From NCBI GenBank assembly GCA_027622665.1, contig JAQBYT010000018.1, positions 1 through 64,000 on the forward strand: a stretch of 64,000 nt of DNA, in the 5' to 3' direction. The DNA comes from Verrucomicrobiota bacterium (GTDB lineage: Bacteria > Verrucomicrobiota > Verrucomicrobiia > Opitutales > Seribacteraceae). Within the stretch, counting starts at the first letter, position 1, and each line of letters begins with the position of its first letter. A program made the position numbers and the translations under genes. Of the stretch, positions 1 to 9,537 are shown piece after piece. The notes beneath the pieces are model-generated. The model saw only the letters and a program-made list of their open reading frames with translations. It was not told where the DNA came from and made no database searches.

Positions 1-150
1 ACGAATGTTATTTTCACTGGGGCTACCGGACAGATGATGAACACCTTAGGCATTAAAGTAGACATTACTCAGGCAAACTTGCTAGCGATTGGAGCAACCG
101 GAACTTATGTAACTTTACCTGACGGATCTAACGTCAACCTCTCACTATAA
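1..150 (+). CDS. 3' end of a CDS entering from the left edge (hypothetical protein, partial)
   Basis: Frame 1 is open from base 1 (TNVIFTGATGQMMNTLGIKVDITQ...NVNLSL) to TAA at 148-150, 19 bp before the next ATG on the same strand. Confidence 0.6.
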   Translation, partial: TNVIFTGATGQMMNTLGIKVDITQANLLAIGATGTYVTLPDGSNVNLSL

Positions 151-169
151 CTATTGGAAGACCTTTTCA

Positions 170-1654
170 ATGAAAGCTTTATCGCTTCTTTCCTTTTCCT
201 GTTGTACGATCTTATCGTACACCTACGGGGCTGTCTATGAAACAAAGACGGTCGGGACTGGTTTTTCTTACACCCATTCGGCATCGGCTAACGCCAACAA
301 CAAGGTTTCCTATTCCGCCAACATGGCTACCGGCCTTTCGGGTGCGACCAGTGATTACGTCGGTTCCTACAAGTCCGGTGTTGGCGCTAAGGCCGTTTTG
401 CTAAAAGTCATCGATTTGTCCGGTCAAACCTATTTGGTATTGCTCAAGGATTCTCCCGAAGTGGCTCCCGGTTGGGCCAAGTCGAGCTGGTTTGGTTTTT
501 TCGCCAAGACGACCAATCCCTCCATCGTCTACCATGAAAACCTAGGTTGGCTCCATCTATCGCAATCGGAAGCCAATTCGGCATGGATTTACAGTGACGA
601 GATTGGTTGGGTGTGGACCCCCGCCAGCCATTATCCCGCCGTTTATATGGATAACTGGAAACGTTGGAGCTATGTCCGGCGTCCTGCGAGCGGAGTTACC
701 CAACTGTACGACTACGGGAACAATGAATGGTTTCCCCTCGGCGTTCGCTATGACCTGAGCGTGGTTTCGGAACCTTCTCTCGGCGGTTACGTCTTCGGTC
801 GGGGGACGGGTTCTTTCAAGCGCTGGGACAGCATCAGTCTCACGGCTCATCCATCTTCCGGTTACTCCTTCGACAAATGGGGTGGGGGGGCATCGGGCGA
901 TCTGTTGCAATTCACCACCGAGGCGATTGCGGATCTCTCCGTTCAGGCCATTTTTGCTATGATTCCTTCCGGTAATGCGGGTGGCAGTCATCTCGTTGAG
1001 GCAGTGAATGTCATGAACCATCTGACAGAGACTGAAAAACGACAAGCCATAGTAGACCTATTGTTTAGCGGATACTCGGACAATGCTTCGCTTTCGCTTG
1101 TTTCGGAGGTGAATACCTTGCCTAAGAATTTCGATGCCGGTTCGTTTGGAAACGCCTCGGCTACTCTCACCCACGATTATTTCCCGGGTAAACTGAACTC
1201 GCGTTGGACCTATCTGGACACTTCCGGAAAGGAGTGGCACTCCCAAGCTACAGGTATTGAGGCGGTTCATGAGGTACAAACTCTGAGGATTGACAACCTG
1301 ACTCCTGACGGCGCTTCCTCCAGGTGGTATGCCCAAGGCAATGCAGGTGACTTGTGGGTGCTTCGCGAAACTTTTTTCGATGGTACGGAAAATGATGTTC
1401 CGTGGACGTTTCTTCCTGCCACACCACTTGAGCACTGGGTTGTCGAAAACCTTTCTTTCGATGGCCTGACTACTATCTCCGGCATCGAGCAGGACGTGCC
1501 TTTCGCCACCTCTTCCCTAGCCCTCGAAGACGGTAAAAGCCTTGAAGTTCGTTATGATGACGGCGTGAGTCAACGTCACGACTACTTTTCCCCCGGGTTC
1601 GGATTGACGATGAACGGTTCTTTGGAGCTTACGAAATACGAGCCCGGTCCTTGA
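170..1654 (+). CDS. Secreted hypothetical protein with an internal Trp-rich domain and an InlB B-repeat-like beta-sandwich
   Basis: 494-aa ORF with an N-terminal signal-peptide-like segment, a W-rich block (GWAKSSWFGFF...LGWLHL...WIYSDEIGWVWT...YPAVY) and a B-repeat-like motif (ISLTAHPSSGYSFDKWGG...SVQAIF). Confidence 0.75.
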   Translation: MKALSLLSFSCCTILSYTYGAVYETKTVGTGFSYTHSASANANNKVSYSANMATGLSGATSDYVGSYKSGVGAKAVLLKVIDLSGQTYLVLLKDSPEVAPGWAKSSWFGFFAKTTNPSIVYHENLGWLHLSQSEANSAWIYSDEIGWVWTPASHYPAVYMDNWKRWSYVRRPASGVTQLYDYGNNEWFPLGVRYDLSVVSEPSLGGYVFGRGTGSFKRWDSISLTAHPSSGYSFDKWGGGASGDLLQFTTEAIADLSVQAIFAMIPSGNAGGSHLVEAVNVMNHLTETEKRQAIVDLLFSGYSDNASLSLVSEVNTLPKNFDAGSFGNASATLTHDYFPGKLNSRWTYLDTSGKEWHSQATGIEAVHEVQTLRIDNLTPDGASSRWYAQGNAGDLWVLRETFFDGTENDVPWTFLPATPLEHWVVENLSFDGLTTISGIEQDVPFATSSLALEDGKSLEVRYDDGVSQRHDYFSPGFGLTMNGSLELTKYEPGP

Positions 1655-1688
1655 TCATCCGCCATCAAGCATTCGAGAGCTTTTTTCA

Positions 1689-2603
1689 ATGACTCCCACT
1701 ACTATAGAGCGTTTCTTCACTTGGCTTTTAATTGGTTCGGCTTTAATCCCCTCCGTTCTTTTCGCCGATGACGACTTTGCTGCTCAATTGAAGGAAATTC
1801 GGAAATCCCTAGACCTTATTAACAAAGGCTTGAAGGATTTGGGACAACCGACGTCCGCCGCCCCCATCCCCCCACCGAGTGAACCGATTCTTACACCGGT
1901 TGTTCCGGATGTTTCAGCGCCACCCGTTGAACCCGTTGTTCCGGAACCTATCCTTCCCGCCAAGGTTCCCGAAGTTGCGAAGCCAAGGGAGGAACCCACT
2001 TATCGCTTGCCTGAAGACCAAGAGGTTAAAGAGCAGGACGTTCCGGAAACCGCCCCGCTTTTCCCTCGAAATTACTTTATTCCTTTTCTTGCCGTGAGTT
2101 TCCCTGCAGACGGAACCTGGACCACTCGGTTCGGTGGCGGAACTTATAATTTGGATGAAAAAAACGGATTTACCGCAGGGGCTCGGATCGGACGTGAGTT
2201 TGATTGGGGATTGCTTGAAGTCGAGTTGAAAGGCTTTCGCAATACCTACGAATCTCTTGACATCGGTTCCGGTTTGCCTGCCTTTGAGGCACGCGGCAAG
2301 GCTTTGGGATGTAGCATGCTGGGAACTGCGGGTGGGCGTCTGGCTTTGACGGATCAATCCTCGTTATTTGCCGGTTTTGGCTTGGGGTTAGCCTATTTGA
2401 GCAGTCAGGTAGAGGTTCTGGGCAAGCCCGCTGAGGATTCCGGAACCGCTTTTGCCTATCAATGTTTCTTGGGATTTGAGCATGCGTTTTCCGAGAAGAT
2501 GGAAACTTTTATCCGTTATAAGTTTTTCGGAACCACCGATTTGGACTATTTCTCCGGAAGAAGCTTGCACGAATTAGAGGCAGGTCTGGGCATTCTCTTC
2601 TGA
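1689..2603 (+). CDS. Outer-membrane beta-barrel protein with N-terminal helix and Pro-rich linker
   Basis: Signal peptide ending VLFA, a helical segment, a Pro-rich spacer (PIPPPSEP...[10 protein letters not shown]), then amphipathic strands ([21 protein letters not shown]) and a terminal Phe ([10 protein letters not shown]). Confidence 0.8.
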   Translation: MTPTTIERFFTWLLIGSALIPSVLFADDDFAAQLKEIRKSLDLINKGLKDLGQPTSAAPIPPPSEPILTPVVPDVSAPPVEPVVPEPILPAKVPEVAKPREEPTYRLPEDQEVKEQDVPETAPLFPRNYFIPFLAVSFPADGTWTTRFGGGTYNLDEKNGFTAGARIGREFDWGLLEVELKGFRNTYESLDIGSGLPAFEARGKALGCSMLGTAGGRLALTDQSSLFAGFGLGLAYLSSQVEVLGKPAEDSGTAFAYQCFLGFEHAFSEKMETFIRYKFFGTTDLDYFSGRSLHELEAGLGILF

Positions 2604-2647
2604 ATTCAGGTTTGCGGAAACCCGCCCAAACGGTTATCTCTACCTTT

Positions 2648-4108
2648 ATGGCAAGGGACGTATTGGATGGCATAAATGACTTTTACGACGTGGTGGTCGT
2701 CGGAAGTGGGTTAGGCGGCTTAACTGGGGCGAATTGTCTGGCTAAGCAAGGTCACTCGGTTTTGCTTCTGGAACACCACTACCAATTCGGAGGCTTGGCC
2801 ACTTGGTTCAAACGGGCCGGGGGGCACATCTTTGATATTTCCTTGCATGGTTTTCCCGTGGGCATGGTTAAGTCGTGTCGCAAGTACTGGACGAAGGAGA
2901 TTGCGGATTCAATTGTCCAGTTGAAGAACATTCGGTTCGTTAATCCGCAGTACGACCTGCGGACGACTTTCGACCGCTGGGACTTTACTCGTATCCTGCA
3001 GGATAAGTTCATGGTAGCGAAGGAGAAGGTCGACGATTTTTTTGAGCATGTCCGCTCGATGGATTATTTCATGCCCGACGGCCGTACCATTGGAGACTTG
3101 TTCGAGCAGTTCTTTCCCGGTCGAGACGACGTGAAGCGCCTTTTGCTCGAGCCCATCGCCTTTGCCAATGGATCTACTCTCAAGGATCCCGCAATTGCCT
3201 ACGGTATTGTATTTGCCAATTTCATGCGTAAGGGCATCTACACTTTCAAGGGTGGTACGGACACCCTAATCAAGAATATGGTCAAGGAGTTGCGTTCGAA
3301 CGGAGCGGACCTGCGAAGGGAATGTCTCGTGGAAAACGTAATTACGGAGGAACAGTCCGGTAAGCATCATGTCCGCGGAGTACGAGTTAATGGAAGGGAT
3401 ATCGGTTGTCGGGCAGTTCTCTCCAACGCCAACCTTAAAGATACCGTCGAGCGTTTGCTTGGTCAGAGCAAGTTGCCAAAAGTGTTTCGCAAGTTTGCGT
3501 CCAAGGTGCGGGTGAACTCGACCTCCTGTCAGGTTTACATCGGAATCAAGAAGGGCGAGGCAATTCCCGAGGTGGGTGACCTCATATTCACTTCCGAATC
3601 GAAAAAGTTTTCCAGCGACGAATTGACTGACCGTCACACCACCAGTCGCACGTTTTCAATTTATTATCCACATTCGCGGCCACATCTGAAGGATCCTCGC
3701 TACAGCATTGTGGCCTCCATCAATGCAAAGTGGAAGGATTGGGACAAACTGTCCGAAGAGGAATACATCGAGGAAAAAGAACGCCTTTGCGAGGAATCGC
3801 TAGTGGCCTTAGAGAAGATCCTGCCTGGTGTCCGAGATAAGATCGATCATGTCGAGGCAGCCACTCCTCGAACTATTCAACACTATACCAGACATTCGGG
3901 CGGCACCTCGTTCGGCACAAAGTTCGAAGGTTTGGAGGTTTCCGAGAAACTACCCCAACATGCCCCCGGGCTTTTTCATGCCGGTTCGGTGGGGATCATC
4001 ATGTCCGGTTGGTTGGGCACCATTAACTATGGCGTAATCATCGCGGATAAAGTGGATCGCTTCCTCCACGGGAAATTTCCTTCCGACTCATCTTCCGTAA
4101 ACACCTGA
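2648..4108 (+). CDS. FAD-dependent oxidoreductase, phytoene desaturase/CrtI-like family
   Basis: Rossmann motif [12 protein letters not shown]...LLLEHH, followed by TFKGGTD, ATPRT and GLFHAG motifs. The ATG at 2648 is preferred over the TTG at 2612. Confidence 0.85.
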   Translation: MARDVLDGINDFYDVVVVGSGLGGLTGANCLAKQGHSVLLLEHHYQFGGLATWFKRAGGHIFDISLHGFPVGMVKSCRKYWTKEIADSIVQLKNIRFVNPQYDLRTTFDRWDFTRILQDKFMVAKEKVDDFFEHVRSMDYFMPDGRTIGDLFEQFFPGRDDVKRLLLEPIAFANGSTLKDPAIAYGIVFANFMRKGIYTFKGGTDTLIKNMVKELRSNGADLRRECLVENVITEEQSGKHHVRGVRVNGRDIGCRAVLSNANLKDTVERLLGQSKLPKVFRKFASKVRVNSTSCQVYIGIKKGEAIPEVGDLIFTSESKKFSSDELTDRHTTSRTFSIYYPHSRPHLKDPRYSIVASINAKWKDWDKLSEEEYIEEKERLCEESLVALEKILPGVRDKIDHVEAATPRTIQHYTRHSGGTSFGTKFEGLEVSEKLPQHAPGLFHAGSVGIIMSGWLGTINYGVIIADKVDRFLHGKFPSDSSSVNT

Positions 4109-4140
4109 CCCTTGCGGTCGCGCTAAAACCATTCGTCCTC

Positions 4141-4581
4141 ATGGAGGAAATTCATCGTCGTATTCCCCATCGGAAGCCGTTCCTATTCATCGACGAGATC
4201 GTTGAAATCACGGAAACGAGTGCAATTGCCCGTTTGAAGGTTTCTCCCGACCTTCCTTTTTTTGAGGGGCATTATCCGGGGAATCCAATCATGCCGGGGG
4301 TTCTCCTTTGTGAGGCGGTCTTTCAAACCGGTGCGATCTTTCTGGCCGAAAAGCTTGGTTCCGATGCCCTGAACGTTGATAATGTGACGCCAGTGCTTTC
4401 ACGAATACGCGATGCTCGCTTCAAGCGGATGGTACTTCCCGGGGATACCATAGAGGTCACCGTGAAGGAGAAGGACCAAATCGGCAAATTTCACAATCTT
4501 ACCGGCGAAATCCGCAAGGATGGCAAGACTGTCGTAACGGTGAGTTTCGCCTTGGCCATGGTGCCGAAGGACGAGGAGTAG
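4141..4581 (+). CDS. fabZ: 3-hydroxyacyl-ACP dehydratase, FabZ family
   Basis: [11 protein letters not shown] and [20 protein letters not shown] hot-dog fold signatures. Confidence 0.9.
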   Translation: MEEIHRRIPHRKPFLFIDEIVEITETSAIARLKVSPDLPFFEGHYPGNPIMPGVLLCEAVFQTGAIFLAEKLGSDALNVDNVTPVLSRIRDARFKRMVLPGDTIEVTVKEKDQIGKFHNLTGEIRKDGKTVVTVSFALAMVPKDEE

Positions 4582-4589
4582 GGAGTCTG

Positions 4590-5399
4590 ATGAGTTTTCT
4601 GGGTGTACAGGGGAAAACTTTTCTCGTGCTTGGGGTCGCCAACCGTAAAAGCGTGGCTTGGGCGGTCGCAAAAATTTTGGAAGAAGAGGGAGCGGAAGTC
4701 ATTTATTCCGTGCGTAGCGAAGAAAGGCGTCGGGAGACCGCCAAGTTGTTGGGCGACAGACGGGTCTTCGTCTGCGACGTGGAGAGTGAGGAGGAGATCG
4801 CGGGCTTGGCCAGTCGCTTAAAGGCAGAAGGTCATGCTCCCTTGGATGGCGTTCTTCATTCGATCGCCTTTGCCGACTACTCCGAAGGTCTCAAGCCCTT
4901 TCATGAAACGAAGCGGAAGGACTTTCTTCGAGCCACTCAAGTATCCACTTTTTCCTTGGTAGAGGTGGCCAACGCCTGCAAGCCTCTCCTCGCGAGCGAC
5001 GCCTCCGTAGTCACGATCGGCATATCGTCCACTCACGTCACGGCGGAGGATTACGGTTACATGGCCCCGATCAAGGCCGCCTTGGAAACTTCCGTTCGCT
5101 ATCTGGCCAAATCGTTTTCCGCCGATTCCGAGGTTCGTTTTAACTCCGTCAATGCAGGTCCCCTCAAGACCAGTGCTTCCGCAGGCATTCCCGGCTACCT
5201 CGATAACTACCTTTACGCGGAGAAACTTACTTTTCGCAAACGCGCATTAGCTACGAATGAGGTCGCAAACCTCGCCGTATTTCTACTCAGTCCGAGATCC
5301 AGCGGTATCAATGGACAAGGGGTGGTCATCGATGCCGGAATGGGGTTCAACTACTTCGACAAGGAAGTGGTCAAGTCCGTCATGAAGACGGATGGTTGA
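4590..5399 (+). CDS. fabI: Enoyl-ACP reductase, FabI family
   Basis: [16 protein letters not shown], catalytic YxxMxxxK (YGYMAPIK) and AGPLKT motifs. Confidence 0.85.
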   Translation: MSFLGVQGKTFLVLGVANRKSVAWAVAKILEEEGAEVIYSVRSEERRRETAKLLGDRRVFVCDVESEEEIAGLASRLKAEGHAPLDGVLHSIAFADYSEGLKPFHETKRKDFLRATQVSTFSLVEVANACKPLLASDASVVTIGISSTHVTAEDYGYMAPIKAALETSVRYLAKSFSADSEVRFNSVNAGPLKTSASAGIPGYLDNYLYAEKLTFRKRALATNEVANLAVFLLSPRSSGINGQGVVIDAGMGFNYFDKEVVKSVMKTDG

Positions 5400-5475
5400 T
5401 CGGTGGATTCTCCATGGGTTTTCAATTTCCAACAACTTTGATTCGGCGCTGATTTAGCGGGGAGCACTTTCTATT

Positions 5476-6507
5476 ATGGATTTTACAAACGTCGCCGTCG
5501 AGGCCATGGCCTATGCTCTCCCACCCGAAGTGGTTACTTCCGATGCGATCGAGGATCGTCTTTCCCCTCTTTACGAACGCCTGAACCTTCCTCAAGGAAG
5601 ACTCGAGCTCATGACGGGAATCCGAGAACGCCGCTTCTGGCCCGAAGGTTTCTCTGCATCCCAAGCATCCGCTGAAGCAGGTAATACTTTGCTGGCTAAG
5701 GGTGTCCCGGCAAAAGAGATAGACCTTTTGATTCATTCCGCGGTATGTCGAGATCGTCTTGAACCGGCTACTGCCTCTTACGTTCATCGTCTAATGGGGC
5801 TAGGTTCGAATGTCCAAATTTTAGATGTGTCCAATGCCTGCTTGGGGTTTGTCAATGCCTTGATCCTTGCGGGAGGCCTTATTGAAAGTGGGCAAATCAA
5901 ACGCGCCGTAATTGTCGCGGGAGAGAATGGTCGCCCCCTTGTCGATAGAACCATCGAGATACTTAATGAGCGTGACCTCGATCGCCAAACGATCAAACCG
6001 TTCTTTGCCAATCTCACGATTGGGGCGGGTGCGGTTGCTTGGTCTGTCGTCCATCGCGACTTGCTCGACCGCGAGGATGCTCCCTTGATCGGTCGGGGCG
6101 TGGTGGAGACCGATACGTCTCATAACCATCTTTGCGAAGGTGATTCTTCCGGAGGCGCGCTCGAGATGCATACGGACTCTGAAGCACTCTTGCGAGCGGG
6201 CATCGCGGTGGCGAAGCGAGCCTGGGACAAGTTTTCCCTTCATACGGGTTGGACGCCCGAGACGCCGGAACTGATCATCACGCATCAAGTCGGCCGTGCT
6301 CACACCAAAGCCGTTTTTGAGTCAATCGGTCTTGATCCCGAAAAAAACTATTCCAGTTTCGAGACTCTTGGGAATTGCGGATCCGTCTCTCTGCCTATCA
6401 CCTATTCCCTTGCCCATGAGGCAGGGAAAGTAACGTCGGGGTGTTCCACCGCTTTCCTTGGAATCGGTAGCGGTCTTTCCTGCATCATCCATTCCGTCAC
6501 CAATTGA
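5476..6507 (+). CDS. oleA: 3-oxoacyl-ACP synthase III family, OleA-type condensing enzyme
   Basis: RDRLEPATA (OleA-type Glu), DVSNACLGF (catalytic Cys), THQVG, GNCGS and LGIGSGL. Overlaps the start of an OleB-like gene. Confidence 0.8.
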   Translation: MDFTNVAVEAMAYALPPEVVTSDAIEDRLSPLYERLNLPQGRLELMTGIRERRFWPEGFSASQASAEAGNTLLAKGVPAKEIDLLIHSAVCRDRLEPATASYVHRLMGLGSNVQILDVSNACLGFVNALILAGGLIESGQIKRAVIVAGENGRPLVDRTIEILNERDLDRQTIKPFFANLTIGAGAVAWSVVHRDLLDREDAPLIGRGVVETDTSHNHLCEGDSSGGALEMHTDSEALLRAGIAVAKRAWDKFSLHTGWTPETPELIITHQVGRAHTKAVFESIGLDPEKNYSSFETLGNCGSVSLPITYSLAHEAGKVTSGCSTAFLGIGSGLSCIIHSVTN

Positions 6508-7388
6508 ATCTCCCCGACGACATTAAGGCAGAATACCCCTTTGAGGGAAAATTCCTAGAGCTTGAAGGTGGTTGGCGATTGCATTATCTCGACGAGGGGG
6601 AGGGTGCCCGTCCACCGATCCTGATGCTGCATGGGAACCCCACTTGGTCTTTCTTTTATCGCAAACTGGTTCTTGCCCTTAGGGAAAAAGACCGCTGCAT
6701 TGCCCCTGATCATCTCGGTTGTGGTCTCTCCGATAAACCCCCTCATCGTTCCTTCCCTTACGATCTTTCCGCTCACATGGGGAACCTGCGTACCTTGCTG
6801 GATCGACTCGGCATAGACAAAGTGCGACTCGTCGTTCACGACTGGGGTGGCGCGATTGGTCTCGGAGCCTTTCGTGATGTGCCGGAGCATGTTGAACGTC
6901 TGGTCATTTTGAATACCGCGGCCTTCCTTTCTCCTCGAGTTCCCAAGCGAATATTGCTTTGCCGTTTGCCCGTTGTTGGGGCTTTTCTTGTTCGCGGACT
7001 GAATGCGTTTGCAGGATTGGCTGCTCGAATGGCCACGGTCAAGGCACTGCCAAAAGCCGTTCGCAAAGGTTTTCTTTTCCCCTACGACTCTTGGGCCAAT
7101 CGTGTTGCCGTATGGCGTTTCGTTCGGGACATACCGCATGAAGAAAACCACCCGACACGACCTCTTGTCGCGGACATCGAAGACAAGCTTAGCCGATTCG
7201 CAGACACTCCCAAATTGGCATGCTGGGGCTTGCGCGACTTTTGTTTCAGTGAGCATTTTCTCGACCAATGGCGCGGGCGTTTTTCGGACCTTTCAGTGCA
7301 GACCTTACCCAATGCCGGTCACTACCTGCTGGAGGATGCATCGGACGAATGTATCCCGCGCATCGTGGCTTTCCTTAGGGATGAGTAA
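6504..7388 (+). CDS. oleB: Alpha/beta hydrolase, haloalkane dehalogenase-like, OleB (beta-lactone decarboxylase) type
   Basis: LHGNPTWSFFYR, CIAPDHLGCGLS, HDWGG (Asp nucleophile) and AGHYLLED. The TTG start overlaps the oleA stop by 4 bp. Confidence 0.75.
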   Translation: MNLPDDIKAEYPFEGKFLELEGGWRLHYLDEGEGARPPILMLHGNPTWSFFYRKLVLALREKDRCIAPDHLGCGLSDKPPHRSFPYDLSAHMGNLRTLLDRLGIDKVRLVVHDWGGAIGLGAFRDVPEHVERLVILNTAAFLSPRVPKRILLCRLPVVGAFLVRGLNAFAGLAARMATVKALPKAVRKGFLFPYDSWANRVAVWRFVRDIPHEENHPTRPLVADIEDKLSRFADTPKLACWGLRDFCFSEHFLDQWRGRFSDLSVQTLPNAGHYLLEDASDECIPRIVAFLRDE

Positions 7389-7436
7389 ATGGTTCCGCTT
7401 GCATCGTAGCTGAGCGACGATTAGGTTTTGTATCGG

Positions 7437-7658
7437 ATGAGCCACAAGACACCAGTTAGAAATCGTGGAGAAAGCACGAACAATGTCGTGCCCTATGTTC
7501 CTTATGACAACACTTCCAACGCTTATCGTCCCGAGCAACCTCGAAAGCCGGAGACCGGTTTCGGAGTATACTTGAGCTTGGCGAGCATTGTCTTCCTCGT
7601 CATTTTCTTTTGGTTCTTATTTGATTTGGCGGTCGGGACGTGGGAACGGCTCAAGTAA
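7437..7658 (+). CDS. Small single-pass membrane protein
   Basis: ATG at 7437. Polar N-terminus, then one hydrophobic segment (FGVYLSLASIVFLVIFFWFLF). Confidence 0.55.
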   Translation: MSHKTPVRNRGESTNNVVPYVPYDNTSNAYRPEQPRKPETGFGVYLSLASIVFLVIFFWFLFDLAVGTWERLK

Positions 7659-8599
7659 GCGAACCAACTGACTCTACGCGGGATCAGTGCTTTCCTGAGC
7701 ACGCCTTAGTGGATTTGTTTGTTGATCATCTATCGTTAGAGCGGCGACTCTCGGACTACACGGCACGAAACTATCGTCATGCTCTAGTCAACTTTTTCGT
7801 TTGGTTGCGCTCTCAAGTGGATTGGCCAGGCGACCTCAACGTCATTTCGAAAACCTTTGTTCGTTCCTATCTGGTGGAGGAACAACGTCGCCTCTCGCGA
7901 CGGACGCTTCGCAACCACGTCTCGGGCATTCGCATGTTCTTTAAGTTTTGCATGGAACGTAAACTGGCCGATCGAAACCCTTTTCTTGGGCTTACCTTGC
8001 CCAAGGTCGCAAAGACTCTCCCGAAGTTTCTTACGGTGAGGCAAGCCGATCTCCTCTTGTTTCAGCCCATCAAGCTTATCGAGACTGATGCCTTGGAGCC
8101 TTTTCTTGCATGGCGGGATCGGATCGTTCTGGAAATTCTGTACGGTGGTGGTGTACGGGTAAGTGAACTGGTGGGCTTGAACTATGGTGATCTTGATCTC
8201 CGGCGGGCTACCGCTCGAGTTACTGGCAAGGGGAACAAACAACGTCTGTGCCCAATCGGTGAGAACGCCGTTCATTGCGTTCGCCATTTCAGAAGTGAGT
8301 TTGCTCAAGATGCCTCGATTCACGCTCCCCTGATCGTGAATCGCATCGGCAAACGTCTTAGCGTTCGTTCCGTCCAGACCTTGCTGAAGAAATACCTTCG
8401 CATGGCGGGGTTGCCTGACGATCTGACCCCTCACAAACTCCGTCACTCTTATGCCACCCACATGCTGGACAACGGGGCTGACTTGCGTTCCGTACAGGAG
8501 CTTCTCGGGCACGCCAATTTGTCCACCACGCAAATCTACACACATGTGACGGTTGCTCGTTTGAAGCAAGTGCACGCACAGGCTCATCCTCGGGCATGA
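7640..8599 (+). CDS. xerC: Tyrosine recombinase, XerC-like
   Basis: Catalytic R (GVRVSE), K (GKGNK), HxxR (PHKLRHSYATH), H (LLGH) and Y (TTQIYTH), plus an N-terminal SAM-like domain. The exact start is uncertain. Confidence 0.85.
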   Translation: MGTAQVSEPTDSTRDQCFPEHALVDLFVDHLSLERRLSDYTARNYRHALVNFFVWLRSQVDWPGDLNVISKTFVRSYLVEEQRRLSRRTLRNHVSGIRMFFKFCMERKLADRNPFLGLTLPKVAKTLPKFLTVRQADLLLFQPIKLIETDALEPFLAWRDRIVLEILYGGGVRVSELVGLNYGDLDLRRATARVTGKGNKQRLCPIGENAVHCVRHFRSEFAQDASIHAPLIVNRIGKRLSVRSVQTLLKKYLRMAGLPDDLTPHKLRHSYATHMLDNGADLRSVQELLGHANLSTTQIYTHVTVARLKQVHAQAHPRA

Positions 8600-8895
8600 G
8601 TGATTACTCCGTGCCTATTGGCCGAATTGTCCTTCGGTCACTGTCCCTTGTGGTATTGTGCTTTGGGGTAGGGCTTTGGTGGTATCACGGATTACAACCG
8701 GGCCTTTGGAAGACGAGCGTGGAAAACCGAGTTGAAATTCCCATCATCGAAGGCATGCCCGAGCTTGGCACTCAGGAACAAATCATATGGGAAGACCGTT
8801 TCGTCGCGGGAATAGAAACTCCCATTCTTTCCTTGGTTCTTGCCCTTTTTGTCTGGAGCCTTTCTTTTTTATCTTTTCGACAATCAAATCCGTAA
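8596..8895 (+). CDS. Small membrane protein with two TM segments
   Basis: ATGA overlap with the xerC stop. Two hydrophobic segments flank a short loop. Confidence 0.65.
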   Translation: MSDYSVPIGRIVLRSLSLVVLCFGVGLWWYHGLQPGLWKTSVENRVEIPIIEGMPELGTQEQIIWEDRFVAGIETPILSLVLALFVWSLSFLSFRQSNP

Positions 8896-8917
8896 ATTCC
8901 AACAACGATTCCAAACA

Positions 8918-9529
8918 ATGACTCAGAAATGTTTTCCCTTTCTCGCAGCTTTAATCGCTTCCACCTGCCTGTCGGCCAAGGTTATCACTTTCGACTTCAA
9001 GGATCCGAAAAACGTAAACAACGTCATTTTTCAGATGGATGCCCCGCTTGAGTCGATCAACGGGTCCGGTCACGGTGTCGCGGGCATCGTCAAGTTCGAC
9101 CCCAGTTCCCCTGAGTCCACAACCGGCTCCATTACTCTAGTAGCCACCAGTCTCCATGTCGGAAATCCCGTACTCAAGGAGCATATTCACGGTGAGGAGT
9201 GGATGGACGTTAAGAAGTATCCTGAAATCAAATTTGTCTTGTCTAAACTCGAGAATGTGCGGAAAGACGGTCTCCACATTATCGCTGTGGCCAAGGGAAA
9301 GATGACTATCAGGAAAGTGACCAAGGAAATTACGGCCCCCATCAAGCTGACCTTCCTCAAAGGAATGTTAGAGAAGCGTAATCGCGTGCCAGGCGATCTT
9401 CTCGTGATCCGTTCAAAGTTCGTCGTGAAGCGCGATGATTTTGGAATACGACCCGGAGAAAAGCTCGAAAAAGTATCCAATGAGATTGAGATTTCTCTAA
9501 ATGTTGCGGGAGCCGCTCCCGCCAAGTAA
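8918..9529 (+). CDS. YceI family (lipid/polyisoprenoid-binding) periplasmic protein
   Basis: Signal peptide from the ATG at 8918. Motifs EHIHGEEWMDVKKYPEIKF, GKMTIRKVTK and VKRDDFGI. Confidence 0.85.
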   Translation: MTQKCFPFLAALIASTCLSAKVITFDFKDPKNVNNVIFQMDAPLESINGSGHGVAGIVKFDPSSPESTTGSITLVATSLHVGNPVLKEHIHGEEWMDVKKYPEIKFVLSKLENVRKDGLHIIAVAKGKMTIRKVTKEITAPIKLTFLKGMLEKRNRVPGDLLVIRSKFVVKRDDFGIRPGEKLEKVSNEIEISLNVAGAAPAK

Positions 9530-9537
9530 CCTAGGGG

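Noticed and set aside
2648..4108. Carotenoid biosynthesis crtI
   Set aside because: There is no crtB or crtE nearby, and the context is fatty-acid/olefin genes.
7640..8599. Integrase of a prophage or mobile element
   Set aside because: The sequence is XerC-like and sits among housekeeping genes. I saw no att repeats, phage genes or integron cassettes.
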